NCBI RefSeq assembly: GCF_964204645.1
Contig: NC_134029.1
Span: 22,810,950 to 22,874,949, forward strand
Direction of reading: 5' to 3'
Source of the DNA: Tubulanus polymorphus
Lineage: Eukaryota; Animalia; Nemertea
Length of the DNA stretch: 64,000 nucleotides
The notes under the pieces were generated by a model. That model saw only the letters and a program-made list of their open reading frames with translations. It did no database searches and was not told the origin of the DNA. Every line of letters begins with the position of its first letter. The first letter of the stretch is position 1. This document shows, piece by piece, positions 24,101-32,578 of this stretch. The position numbers and the translations under genes are program-made.

Positions 24101-26177
24101 CTCAATTGGCAGATTTTTTACTGCACCTATTTGTAGCAAAAGGTTTACAGGTCATAACTATTAAAGGTTACCGCTCCGCGATTTCTCATACATTGCGTGC
24201 TTCTGGATGGCCAAATGTAGCAGGGGATCATCGGATATCCCAGCTGGTTGCTGGGTTTTCTATTTCCCGGCCTCGGGTAACAAGGACAGTTCCACCATGG
24301 GATCTGTCTGTAATTTTGAAGAAGTTAATGGAGGCTCCATTTGAACCTCTTTCGGCAGCGTCTTTTGCAAATTTGTCAAAAAAGACTGTATTTTTGCTGT
24401 TCTTGGCTTGCTCGGCCCGTCGCTCTGAGATTCATGCGCTTTCAGTCCGACCAGGTCACATTGTCTTTGGGCCAGCGAATGAATTTGTTTCGCTGCGGCC
24501 TGCTTTGGAATTTTTGGCAAAGAACCAACGACCAGGCTCGGTTGGGCGTCAATGGCGAATTGAAGCCCTAAAACATCGAGTGGAACCGGGCATCCCGGAC
24601 AGGACTTTATGTCCTGTGCGGGCGTTGTGTTTCTATTTAGATCGCTCTGCTTCACGGAGGGGTTCACGGGAGCGGTTATTTATTCCGCTGCTGGATCACC
24701 TAAAGGGTGATATTTCGCGGGACACAGTAGCCCGATGGGTCTCTTCAATGATCAAGGACATTTTATTGAAGGAGAATCTTTCCTCGGAGGGAGTCGTTTC
24801 TCATCAAGTGAGGTCTATGGCTACTTCCTGCGCAGCCTTTTCGGGTGCTCCGTTGGAGGAAGTCTGTCGGGCCGCCTTTTGGAATTCACCGTCGACATTC
24901 ACGTCATTTTATTTACGGGATGTTTCAGGCCAGTTAGGCTCATTAGCTTCACTGGGTCCTGTTGTCATGGCTCAAGGTGTCCGTTCTTTCCGATCGGACC
25001 CTTTAGTGTAGAATATTTATGTAGCATTATCAGGATCACAGGGGGTGTATCCTTGTACATAGTTTGGGCTCATATCTGCAAGTATTAATTTCGCAAAATT
25101 CTGGGGGGGGCCCCTGAGCTGGACGGACTCACTGTGGCCAACCGGTCTTCCCTGTGCTACAGTGCTCCATTCCGTGCTTGGGTAAGTGCTCTCTTTTTCC
25201 CTCTTACCTTGCGTTTGAGCGGTGGTTTTTCTATCTACCTTTCCCACCATCCTTGTGCTAGGCTAGTCTAGCAAAAACCATAGGAAAGGGTACAGTACTC
25301 GATGGAAATATTACAATTTTTGGAACTAAAATTTGTATTTCCGAGTAGTACTTACCCTTTCCTATGGTGGGAATCCCGCCCACCTGCCCCGCATAGCTGT
25401 TTTTTTTTTTTTGGTCTGCTATGACGAAAAAAGATGGCGGATTTCGCCGGTGGCTAAATGCAATACCGCAGGGCCGGGTCGTATAGAAAAACCATTGGCG
25501 ATAAATCCAAATTTAGAAAATATTGGCAAAAACCATAGGAAAGGGTAAGTACTACTCGGAAATACAAATTTTAGTTCCAAAAATTGTAATTTTGTTGCAT
25601 TTTCTGGAAATACACAGCAATTTTTATCACCCTGTCTATCTCTCTTATCTTCTAACATATATTTAATTATCTGTCGTATCTCTTGACTCCTTTGATCCAT
25701 AAATGAATTATCCTTCATTTCGTAACGTTTCAAAATATTCTTCGGTTTATTCTAGTACAGGTTTGTAAACGAGTAACAATTTAGATATTTCTTTTAAATC
25801 GTTTTTATCTGTTTTCGTATAATATTTACCTATACTTATCATAAGATTTTGAATATTTCTCAAGAAACAAAATAACAATACACAATTCAGGTTTCAAAGT
25901 TAATGAGCAAAACCCACAAATGATGATTTAATTATTCTGATGGTTTCGAAGTTTTGACAACTTAATCATCAGAGAAAAGCAAAAATTCTCCCTTTTAGTC
26001 AAAACCTAACAGAATAAATTGTTAAATCATTAACTGTGTGTTGTGATCATTAACTCAGTCAATTTGTGCGTTTCATTTGACTTAATTAAATCTTTATTTC
26101 TTGTTTTATTCAGATCTCCGACACCGAACAGAAGATCACGATCTCCGTATTCTCCGAGAGCTGACGATTTCCAATGA
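5298..26177 (+). CDS. CEP135: Centrosomal protein CEP135 (Bld10), ~24 coding exons
   Basis: N-terminus MASTTASQQQKFSNLRRRLDQLGYRQPLGIESLPLVDRLFSDLIHTTESLK matches the CEP135 N-terminal motif, followed by a long coiled coil. Approximate exons: 5298-5610, 6126-6293, 7028-7257, 10180-10308, 10502-10633, 11614-11763, 11850-12000, 12131-12238, 12889-13121, 13240-13350, 13435-13527, 13610-13672, 13815-13988, 14344-14421, 14512-14663, 15322-15648, 16088-16257, 16340-16450, 16782-16967, 17493-17702, 18273-18475, 18570-18674, 19097-19291 and a terminal exon 26114-26177 (SPTPNRRSRSPYSPRADDFQ*). An in-frame TGA at 19293-19295 is an alternative end if the last intron is not spliced. Confidence 0.92.
5656..5936. 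mobile_element. piggyBac-like MITE (281 bp) in CEP135 intron
   Basis: TTAA|CCCTTTCAGTG ... CACTGAAAGGG|TTAA: 11-bp perfect TIRs with CCC termini and TTAA target-site duplications (5652-5655, 5937-5940). Confidence 0.85.
6555..6808. mobile_element. CAGGG-ended non-autonomous DNA transposon (hAT-like MITE); related degenerate copies near 10660-10900 and 14035-14110
   Basis: TIR cagggtggc...gccaccctg and internal aagtc(a/g)gg(g)aa repeats. The internal segment tttgttga.attgctaga...aaaatc.aacagtttc is shared with ~10760-10830. No clear TSD. Confidence 0.55.
9993..10130. mobile_element. Small PIF/Harbinger-like MITE
   Basis: Imperfect TIRs gggctggttgcatagtcatggctta / taagtcacgactgtgcgactgggcc, internal ttaagac repeats, and CAG on both sides (3-bp TSD). 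Confidence 0.6.
12492..12820 (-). mobile_element. tRNA-derived SINE, apparently full length
   Basis: On the - strand: a tRNA-like head with A-box-like TGGCCGATGG and B box GGTTCGAACCC; a central GTGTCCTCGGGCAAGACACTTA...TCCACCCAGGAGTAAATTGGTACC segment resembling conserved SINE core domains; an L2-like tail (AAGCGCTCTGAG...GACGCTATATAAG); and an (ATT)n end. Confidence 0.8.
14726..14825. mobile_element. ~100-bp MITE-like element
   Basis: 10-bp perfect TIR gggtccagtt ... aactggaccc. Confidence 0.45.
15100..15182. repeat. (TTA)n-rich microsatellite
   Basis: Imperfect tta/att repeats in a CEP135 intron. Confidence 0.8.
16485..16655. mobile_element. Harbinger/Tourist-like MITE, copy A
   Basis: TIR ggggtcattcatttattacgtacgcat ... 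atgcgtacgtaataaatgaacgatccc; 3-bp TSD CCA (16482-16484 and 16656-16658). Confidence 0.8.
17854..18013. mobile_element. Harbinger/Tourist-like MITE, copy B (inverted relative to copy A)
   Basis: Reverse-complement near-copy of 16485-16655; 3-bp TSD TAA (17851-17853 and 18014-18016). Confidence 0.8.
18735..18980 (-). mobile_element. 3' fragment of an L2/CR1-type LINE
   Basis: The - strand translates GSVLWNIVPSFIRQTCRLHDFKLAL*THF, the typical LINE ORF2 C-terminal motif (LWNxLPxxIR...FKxxLKTHLF), followed by an L2-like tail (ACAACGCTTTGGAG...AATAAAGTGCTTTG). Confidence 0.65.
19467..19609 (+). repeat. DIRS left inverted terminal repeat with its unique outer extension
   Basis: taatatttccatcgagtactg + taccctttcctatgg...ccgccatcttttttc; 19488-19609 is the reverse complement of 25426-25547. 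Confidence 0.92.
19813..22062 (+). CDS. DIRS ORF1, Gag-like protein (~749 aa)
   Basis: ATG at 19813. N-terminal Cys/His cluster (CGH...HDSCASC...C...PCNIC..W), PVRS repeats and an RS-rich tract, a helical central region and a basic C-terminus; ends at TGA 22060-22062. Confidence 0.85.
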   Translation: MPPPPKGQHRGGEGCGHLFGAWDNHDSCASCRRKSGQICARSNPCNICVVWSEDLWLRADKALKLRDRRRVSRDSSVSADVPTDVSNPVSYRKAERSPVVQVRSASQLRSPGKNAGSPAPVSGHSPVSGRSPVRPVRPVQTTCSEPSARRGSRERPAPVRSVPVRSGSGIGPVRSGSATGPVQTSSGTKHPVRSSSDSDRRSGDRARSPTRFRRRERNKRARSPSRRSRFDRERDYDRYCRKFRRRSSHRSSTSVSDESDSSSRSRSRSRDRHRSRHDRRDTGKYLTQKDFHVFEEKILNLLSSSQQVAATSTTGKPIPDCPVRSSPAHSVFRNSDSEFLDAAVGSDFNEDPVPEAAIPSGVVPVASNCGLPQTMGASLARNVSPSRSVLSEPAGDMPFRAMISEFFVKHGATRAKPTAAPLVGESMEAYRPPDSDLNVLRESSAVSREWARLDTQLWGECRPGTFSFPPPERGMKSGKYFSSTDPPIGAFRSAYYATPGAVDHSHNCLDADYTLISPDTVTAQSGIRLPKSGLVAMTSILDNLTRVGSFQDMALKVLTGELRETHAAVHAGSDPESVALKLEGMDRIIQSLARSVSHVIPLSVRGQANLVLASRQSVMDSSAKTRLPDMVSNALLRAPLGTSSRLFSGWCAPVSAELRKIREVQAKSNPRTPWKKRSGPTPAAQGSARTQTGPSQTSALSQAASDAGWRTSAQLQQSCQASSGRNSSGSYRGKGKAPKRGSSFRKNSK
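21929..24100 (+). CDS. DIRS ORF2: reverse transcriptase - RNase H - DNA N6-adenine methyltransferase-like domain (723 aa)
   Basis: RT motifs LDLKDAYFQV, LPFGL and YLDD. RNase H motifs FTDAS..GWGA, HINFLEM, TDNS and NVMADALSR. C-terminal DLFA...DAFSLDW...YAFPP...APCWPAQKW matches the Dam-like MTase domain known from DIRS1 elements. Confidence 0.93.
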   Translation: MPVGELARNFNNRVKPRPVVTVPVRIEARGRLQKGALPFGKTRNEFLGPVGGCLQQAATHWSDLFGDGWPSRVVSRGYRLCFLRRPRLMRSPPDMRPKPGQEALISPALKELAEKGAIEPVCNETSPGWFSRIFMVPKATGGQRTVIDLSSLNRHLDIPRFRMTKPKDVIQGLRPGQWAASLDLKDAYFQVPIHPKSRRFLRIKWKGRQFQFRSLPFGLSTAPWVFTKLVKSVQKVLQSRGVRLFVYLDDWLIVANSAQECREAMTSVLDLVHQLGFRVNREKSQLTPAQQFTYLGMDFDLRIGKVFPSMVRVAKLQEAVAGVSTTPRTARYWSRLLGSISSMGLVVPLGRLRSRRLQQYWKVFWSQSKGNWEALIPVPPTDLSPDLQWWAATTNLRLGVSLAPLEAPVRVFTDASHQGWGAHLENRVKAGKWSRYEATNHINFLEMLAVWKALKFFHRRVEGHHVWLATDNSTVRAYLQNQGGTHSETLTGLSAKILLWCQTKGVSLTVAHLAGKRNVMADALSRRGQAIATEWVLHQEVADRVRGIFGNPLLDLFATRFNRRCPLFVSPFPDAEAWGVDAFSLDWSGMHAYAFPPTPVLPRLLDQIERSVNCNIVLVAPCWPAQKWFLPLLNLLCDNPRILPNFPSLLSQGIFRHHPNSQWLNLLAWPLSSDPCQLQAFQNRLPPLSQDLSGHQQVPFTMPSGVILRIGVLQGKLIHAHPL
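22063..25011 (+). CDS. DIRS ORF3: tyrosine recombinase with a long N-terminal extension overlapping ORF2; true start uncertain
   Basis: Open from immediately after the ORF1 stop to 25011. Integrase core: SAM-like region (TIKGYRSAI), SARRSEIHAL (catalytic R), LAKNQ (K), SHQVRS (HxxR) and FWNSPSTFTSFY (W and nucleophile Y). Confidence 0.9.
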   Translation: MLGTSGRLSAAGSNPLVRPLWRRLALPGRLSGLPSLFPKATAPDEVTSRHAAKTRSGGLNLSGSQGTGREGSDRTSLQRNFSRLVFSNIHGTKGHRGSTDSDRSVIPQSAPRHSKVPDDQAQGRDSRAPSGSMGGFIGPERCLLSGSNSPKISAISQDKVERPPVPIQVSSIWPQYGPVGFHQVGQVSSEGTSVKGCSTVRLPRRLVNSREFGSGMSGGNDLSLGLSPSARVPRKQGKISVDAGPTVHLSRHGLRSPNRQSLSVYGSSGQTSRSCSGSVHNPENSSLLVTASRLHQLHGSGGALRPPQKQALATILEGLLVSVEGQLGGLDSRTSNRSKSGSSVVGGHYESSARGVTSPVRGSSSCIHGCQSPRLGGTSGEPSQSREMVSLRGHQPHKFPRNAGRVEGPEVLSQESGGPPRLVSHRQFNSEGLPSEPRGHSLRNPHRSVGQNSSLVSDKGRVPDCGTFSREKERDGRCSVSSRSGYCDRMGSPPRSSRSGSGHFWQSAAGSVCHPVQSEVSSVCVPVSRRGSVGGRCLLSGLVGDACVCVPAHTSPAALTGSNREISQLQHSSGSTMLAGSEMVPTTSQPTVRQPQDSSEFPIASVSGDLSASSKQPVVKSARLAIVQRSLSASGFSEQAASFIAGSKRPSTSTIYDAKWSHFADWCAAGEIDPCSPSVAQLADFLLHLFVAKGLQVITIKGYRSAISHTLRASGWPNVAGDHRISQLVAGFSISRPRVTRTVPPWDLSVILKKLMEAPFEPLSAASFANLSKKTVFLLFLACSARRSEIHALSVRPGHIVFGPANEFVSLRPALEFLAKNQRPGSVGRQWRIEALKHRVEPGIPDRTLCPVRALCFYLDRSASRRGSRERLFIPLLDHLKGDISRDTVARWVSSMIKDILLKENLSSEGVVSHQVRSMATSCAAFSGAPLEEVCRAAFWNSPSTFTSFYLRDVSGQLGSLASLGPVVMAQGVRSFRSDPLV
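25271..25368 (+). repeat. DIRS internal complementary region (ICR)
   Basis: 25271-25313 is the reverse complement of the left end (19467-19509); 25310-25368 is the reverse complement of the right end (25532-25590). The two halves overlap at ATTA (25310-25313). Confidence 0.93.
25426..25590 (+). repeat. DIRS right inverted terminal repeat with right extension
   Basis: gaaaaaagatggcgg...ggaaagggta followed by agtactactcggaaatacaaattttagttccaaaaattgtaat. Confidence 0.92.
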
Positions 26178-26311
26178 ACGAAACTTTAAATACTAATCAT
26201 TTCAATAATGTACATAGAATTACATAAAACAGTGTCAAATATTGAAGTCATTCTCCGACGATGACGCGGATTGTCTTCAGAATTTTTAAGCTATGTATTA
26301 TTTACATACTG

Positions 26312-26394
26312 CAGTAGATTCCGCCTTTCTTACTAGAACTTCGGAAATGTTTGGGGCTTACGTGGAACCCAAAGAGATAAGGCGGGATCTACTG
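26312..26394. repeat. Short inverted-repeat element in the putative CEP135 3' UTR
   Basis: cagtagattccgcctt ... aaggcgggatctactg (16-bp arms, one mismatch that forms a G-U pair in RNA). Confidence 0.55.
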
Positions 26395-28443
26395 ATAGAT
26401 TATCGTACCCCGGTATTGTTAATGGTTGTTCTTCTGAGCCAGGTAGTTTTGTAGTATCTCGACGTTTACGGCAGACATTCCTCGCGACACATTCCAGACG
26501 CGTAGAGAGAGGAATTCGGTTCGAAATTTTGTACGATGTTTTGTAAAATTTGTTACAATATTTGATGCTCGAATGGTTGAAAGTAGATGCGATTTTTAAA
26601 CGTGGCTAAAAATAGTATTATTACATATCGAAGTAACGACCTGTACATAGACACCGTACAATCAGTGCAAGCCTCCCAACTTTATTGTTATAGCTAGCTT
26701 TTGAAATTGATCGTAGATAAGGCGTAGTGGGTAGTTTTTAGTCATGGTTCGTTGGGGCTTTACTGAATGAATCTACAGGAGGGAATTTTTAGACTACCCT
26801 TAGATTTTACTTAGATTCTTGGTGGTGTTTCTTAATTTTCAAAAGGCAATTATTTGAATTAGTTAATATCATTATTCGTACAATATTAAGAATTCAATAC
26901 ATGTGAAATGACGTGAAGTGTGGTGCATATCGGACCAACGGGTATAGACTATTGTTTTTACGTGTAAACGCTAAGAAACACCATAATCGTATTGTGCATT
27001 TAAAAGAGTATTCCATCGTCATCTTTTCATTAACATCATACAACGCACAAACAAGTCATTTATCACCAACCAATTGTATCTAAGAAGAAAAACGTGTATT
27101 TTTTTAAAATCGAAACCATTGTCATAAATGATGCGTGTAATTCAAAGAGCAGCTAACAAAACTTCCAGCTCAAATTGAAACATTATTCCTGTAGACGTAG
27201 TTCCTTCGTTTGATGGCGTCGCATTTTGCGAAAAACTTTCGATATTGTCGGTACTGAAATACAGAATCTACGTACAGTGAACTTCATGAAGAAGGATTTA
27301 CAATTTACTGTGCTGATTGTGAAGGTATTGTTTACCAGTTTTTTCGGATTCATATTTTCATCATTCGAATCCTAGACTTCGCCGAAACGTTTAAATAAAA
27401 CCTCGTATTGGTGTAGATAAGCGCAATGATACACAATTCAAATATAGTTCTAATTGAAACTTAAGAAAGCTGTATGTTGATCATCTGGCTTCATAATTGT
27501 TCATATGATTACGTAATACATGTAGGAAGTTGCTTCAAGTCTTTGCTGGTCAAAGACTGTGTTTAGTTTATTTATTACTAAATTACAACAATCTTATTTT
27601 GCGCAATCGATAAAATGATGATAACATGTCCTGTAGATTTCTAAATGAGCTGTCGCCATTCCCGATTTCGTTGATTTTGCCTTGACCTAATTGATGAACA
27701 CTTCCTTTCAATGTGTGATAGGATTTTAGTTTTTGTCAGTCGGTTCGATGGCTCAATGATTGAGTATCGAATATATTTTCTTGTTATCGAATAAACTATT
27801 TTAATAGATTCATATCGTAGACTGTATGGTTTTTACCAACGATTTTGTAGCGTCATTAATGAAATGAGTTTCCGATCATAACAGACGTGTGAGTTTGTTC
27901 TAATGTATATGTAACTTTTTATTTTAATACCTAAATAAAATCTGTTGAAACGTATTGAATATAAAAATAGCAGTTCGTCGTTATATTGTCTGAGGTGGCT
28001 AAAGAAAACTACATACAATAAACCTCACCTAACTCGATTTAAAAAATGATTTCGTCTTTTTCGAATCGGTCTAAAACCTGATTAGCAATGTCCGAATAAG
28101 GTGAGGTTTGCTGTTAATTGAAGAAGATGCGTCTGAATTCTCGAACTATGTGCATAGCAACGCGAACATCCAATCACCGTCATCACTAAGATCCATCACT
28201 AAGGAGACCGTTGCTGCCGAACTTCACTACGCTGAGACTTTCAATGAAGGCAAGCGTTTGTTCGACTTGTTTCTAGAAAAAGTTGACAAAGTAGTAGTAT
28301 AAATTCAACTCTGAAATAACGTTTTTTGTTTGAGAATAGTTATTTTCTAAAAACCTGAGAGAAAACGACTACAAATCAAACGTGTATTGAGAATTTCTGA
28401 CCACTCAACGACACTGTAGAATAAAGAATATTTGAGAAAGAAA

Positions 28444-29241
28444 ATGGGTGTTAAACAAAGTAAGATGATTCGTCGAGGAATGACCAGATTAACACGCCAC
28501 AATAAAGGTACACATCAAAAACATTTCAATCGGTTCATTTCATCATAACTAAAACTAATTTTTTTGAATAAATTCTTACGAAACTCGGTCTGGATTTTTC
28601 AGTTTTTCCTCATATGGAAGAACGCGTTCCGACTGAATCAGCAAAACCAAATACTGATCAGAAAAGCATATCCAAGTTGGAGAAGGTATGATCGATTATT
28701 AGATTAGAAATTTATGAACGTGGCTTTTAACATAATTTTCAAATAGATGCCTGGTATCTTACAGATCAGCAAACCTGTTGGTGAACTGGACAATATGGAG
28801 GAAACAGCGATTCACATTAAAGATGACACAGATGATGACCTTTTGGATGAAATCGATAGCTTGTTAAAAGAACTGGACGAAGAAGGCGTTAAACCAAAGG
28901 AGAAAGTTGTCAGTAAAACCGTCGAAACAAGCCGAAAAATTACCAGTGAACCTGCAATCATAGAATCAAAACCATATAAACCAGCAGCAAATGTCTCAAC
29001 AATACGTCCAAAACAATTAAAGAGGAGTCCAACAATCAGAAGAAGACGATACACACCAGCATATCTGTCGATGTGGCAACCACACCGGGTACATTCACAA
29101 CCAGAAACTAAAACAACTGAAGTAACTTATCCACAAACCAAACAGTATAAAACTCCAGTACTCGATCCAGTGAGCAACAGCCGATCAAAACCAGACCTCG
29201 ACAGAATTTTAGCGTCTAGAAAACGATGGCAGAAGAAATAG
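28444..29241 (+). CDS. Uncharacterised ~213-aa protein, 3 exons, N-terminal MGVKQSK (myristoylation-like)
   Basis: Exons 28444-28507, 28603-28685 and 28747-29241 join in frame through GT-AG introns (phases 1 and 0). Acidic helix DDDLLDEIDSLLKELDEE, basic RSPTIRRRRY, C-terminus ILASRKRWQKK; AATAAA at ~29488. Confidence 0.65.
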
Positions 29242-29729
29242 AGTTGAACGCCCCGGGTGTCGGACCTCCGATGTTTGGCTATACTTGTCGTGATATCTCG
29301 AATGATTCGGGCCCATTCGAGATTCCACGATTTGTCAACCAAACATCGGAACATCCACATCGTTAATGCGTACCTTAACCTCCATCCGTGATCTCGTATA
29401 TACTCATACAACAGTTCTACAATTGTTTTGATAAATCTGAAAAATAGAGGTTCGTAAAACGTTTTTCTGTTTTGGGTTCAAGACTCGGAATAAACTCTAT
29501 GCTCTGCTTTCAGATATGCTAATAACAGTTTAGTAAATGAAAATCATGAACGTTACGTAGACGCCCAACATTTCAAGTAAACGGGTGGGTATAATCGGAT
29601 CATTAATTACAGACTTCGATAAGCTGTTTCGTCCTAGACACAAAATATGATAAAATATATACGTATGTTTACTTTGTCGTGTGAATATAGCCATTAGTTA
29701 CTGTTTCTCGTTGTTTTTCTCCGTGGGAG

Positions 29730-29869
29730 AAAGTAAACATGGTGAACATTATATCAAACTATCACCGACATCTCGCGATAATAACAAATTAATTTCTATC
29801 AGAATTTTGCCTATAAAAATGCCATTGCTCTCAGGTGAAATCAGTTCTACAATAATTGCTTCACGAAAG
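29730..29869 (+). promoter_or_regulatory. TATA + initiator core promoter and non-coding exon 1 of peptide gene A
   Basis: TATAAAA at 29812-29818, TCAGTT initiator at 29841-29846 (canonical ~30-bp spacing), donor AAG|GTAAGT at 29869/29870. Confidence 0.7.
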
Positions 29870-30069
29870 GTAAGTCCTGTGCGATAGAGGATAAAATAGG
29901 CTAAAATAGTTGCGGATATTCAATAAAAATATGGTTCAGTTTCATACGTATTCACAAAGTATCTGGCGGCTCGTTTGCATTCTAATTTCCATCATAGTTT
30001 TCCGATCAAAAACTTAGAATTACTTTCTTTTCATTTTCAGCTTGCTTGTGCCATAACATCAAATACAAA

Positions 30070-30513
30070 ATGAAGGTTTGTCCTGTATTAATTTCGAAAT
30101 AATAATTATTCAAAAGCAGCCTTGAATTCAATGCAAATTCAATTGCAATCTTCTTCAATTTGCAAGAGTTGTACATGACAAACTAGATTACATACATCAA
30201 TGATACCGTGTATCTGTGTAATCCGAAATTGACGCAGTTACTTGAAAACTAAAGACAAATCTATTTGCGATATTCAAAACTTTCAATTTTTCCCTTTCCG
30301 TTTCAGGTGCTGTGTATTGTCCTTGTCGCCATGTTGATGGTCGGAGCCCAGGCCGATATAACATTTACTAAATGTATGAAGACTTGTTGGGATGACGGAT
30401 ACGAGTGTGGAACCAACTGTATCGCCGGAAACCGACCTTCTGCTACTGTCATTGACTGTTCCAAAACCTGCAAAAGAACACTCGATAATTGCTACACCAA
30501 TTGCAAATATTGA
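30070..30513 (+). CDS. Secreted 8-Cys peptide A (18-aa signal + 52-aa mature), neurotoxin-B-like cysteine framework
   Basis: ATGAAG|GT (30070-30075) splices to 30307-30513: MKVLCIVLVAMLMVGAQA-DITFTKCMKTCWDDGYECGTNCIAGNRPSATVIDCSKTCKRTLDNCYTNCKY*. AQA signal-peptidase site; AATAAA at 30532. Confidence 0.85.
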
Positions 30514-32159
30514 ACATTTCTTAGAATGACAAATAAATGAATTGTAAATGATTTTCTGTCCCTGTTTTTTTTCTCGTTACAAATGGCGAAAGGTCAAAAC
30601 AAGATTGTAGGACATGCTCGTTTACAGACATACAAAAATGACCCTTAAGCCCAGTTGAAAAATGGCTTGTTTTTTAAAAACCCATGGAGTCAAATTAAGA
30701 AAAAAAAACACATACAAATTTTCAAACGGTTTCTATTATAATATGTAATTTTTCAACCCTATTCACCGCTATCTGGCAATCGAAAAGTAAAGTAACCGGC
30801 ACAGGAATCAAAATGAGAAATTCTAAGGCGACGGTAATATGATGCACTGGGTTTAAGTTGCTGTCAGATAGATTCTATTCATAAGATAACTCTATCATCC
30901 TGACAATGTATAAGGATTTAGAAAACATGCATATTTATACACTATGTAAAAAACAAAATATCTACAGAACGTTTCAACATATCTATAATATTCATCAACA
31001 ATAGCGGGTCCTTTGTATTCAATAACTCGTAATATTTTAGCTCGGTTGGATTATCGCAATAATAACTAGTTCGGTATCTTCTTCTCATTTTGGAGGGTTA
31101 GCGTGATACGCCACCTGTCATACCGATCCTGAACCATTGATCCTTACACTGGGTGAACGATTGAACTAAAAGAGAAGACCGAAAGACAAATGACTACTTT
31201 ATGCCAGATAAACACTCGGCCACCTTTCGTTCCCGGTTGGTATTCCCTAAAAATATACGAACGTTCTTCAATAGCCCACGGGTCATGCCGGCTCTTACTC
31301 TAAAGTCAGTAAATAAACTACTTCACTACCGACATAACTACTGTCAGATTTCAAATCTGGCGCGACCTAAGCCACCAGAGAATTCATCACCATTTCATGC
31401 TTTTAAGTCTGAAGGCTGTTAGTTCATGTCGAGCTGCGATGTGAAACCGGATGCTGACGTAACTGAGAAGAAACGCGATCGTAGCCCCCGCTTGATTTGC
31501 TGCAACTCGCGGGATGTCATCACCCGCCAGCTATTATCGGTTACGATCACTGCTAACTGAACTCACTATAAATGGTCATTTTACCAATATGGCTTAACGA
31601 CCTTGAATCAAGTTTTGGTTGTTAAGAACAGTCACTTGTATTTCAAACTTGTGGTTCTGTGGTACATATTTTTGATATAGGCCTATTAGTCTTAACTGCC
31701 CTACCTGGCCAAAAGGTTCCCAGATTCTGCATGAATATAATGAATGCTGGTAATTCTTTTGCGAATACAGGAATATATGATGGTCCCTAAAAATGATCAC
31801 ATTTTATTTGAGCTCTCTCAATGTAGACAGCATTGGGTTCACCTGTTAACACAGAACATTGCAGGCATTGATACCGGAAGAGATTCTCTGTAGCCGATGT
31901 CCGAGATTTGTGCTCGCAAGCTGCGCAAACGTTAAAACGATTTTATTTTCTAGTTTTTATGGAAATCAAGCGTCAACACGGAGAAGCGAAATAGAATCAA
32001 ATTAAAAAATTTTATGATGGTACATTTCATGTTATCTTGTTTGTTATTTTTCAAATTTATTGCGTGAAACGAAAACAAACAAAAAAGATTATAATGACTT
32101 GGCAAACATGATAGCATGAGGCCCTAATGGACGTTTAGTTTGTTGATTTTGTATGGGAA

Positions 32160-32312
32160 TAAGTCAACATGCCGAAAATTTAACCAATCTATCTCAGACA
32201 TCTAGAGATAAAGGTATAATTCATTTCAACTAATGTCTGACTTTCGCTTATAAAAGACCAGTGTTCGGTAGGTGAAGTCACAGTTTCACGTGACAACTTG
32301 CATTCATTCGAG
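32160..32312 (+). promoter_or_regulatory. TATA core promoter and non-coding exon 1 of peptide gene B
   Basis: TATAAAA at 32249-32255, Inr-like CAGTTT at ~32281, donor GAG|GTAAGT at 32312/32313; upstream block homologous to the gene A promoter. Confidence 0.65.
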
Positions 32313-32578
32313 GTAAGTTAAGCGAGGTTGTGTGTAGGTTGAATCTCTGCATTACGGACGGAACGGAACGGTTGCAGAAAATTCTAGACCAACAACTCAA
32401 TATTCGAGAGTTGATTTGAGTGAGATTATTATGTATTTTCTATGGATCATTGACTGCGTGAAAACGAACTTTCAAACATATTGATGTCATAGATTATTGA
32501 CGTTGTACATGAATAATATCTAAGATGAATATTCCATTTCATATTCAGCTTCCTTGTTCCGCAAAACATCAATCAAAA

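Larger units (their letters stand above)
19467..25590 (+). mobile_element. Full-length DIRS1-type tyrosine-recombinase retrotransposon (6124 bp) in the last intron of CEP135
   Basis: 122-bp inverted terminal repeats (19488-19609 and 25426-25547) with no mismatch I could find, non-identical outer extensions, an internal complementary region at 25271-25368, three uninterrupted ORFs (gag, RT-RNaseH-MTase, YR), and GC content well above the host intron. Confidence 0.96.

Noticed and set aside
20051-24667. Secondary and antisense ORFs inside the DIRS (e.g. 20051-20671 +, 20673-21065 -, 24260-24667 -)
   Set aside because: Shadow ORFs expected in GC-rich coding sequence; no recognisable motifs.
19467-25590. 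Prophage or bacterial contamination suggested by the integrase and Dam-like domains
   Set aside because: The ITR/ICR architecture and the gag-RT-RH-MT-YR order are diagnostic of eukaryotic DIRS1 elements, and the flanks are continuous host intron.
31594-31900. Possible LINE RT fragment between the peptide genes (HSLYSCRIWEPF)
   Set aside because: The resemblance is too short and degenerate to support without a search.
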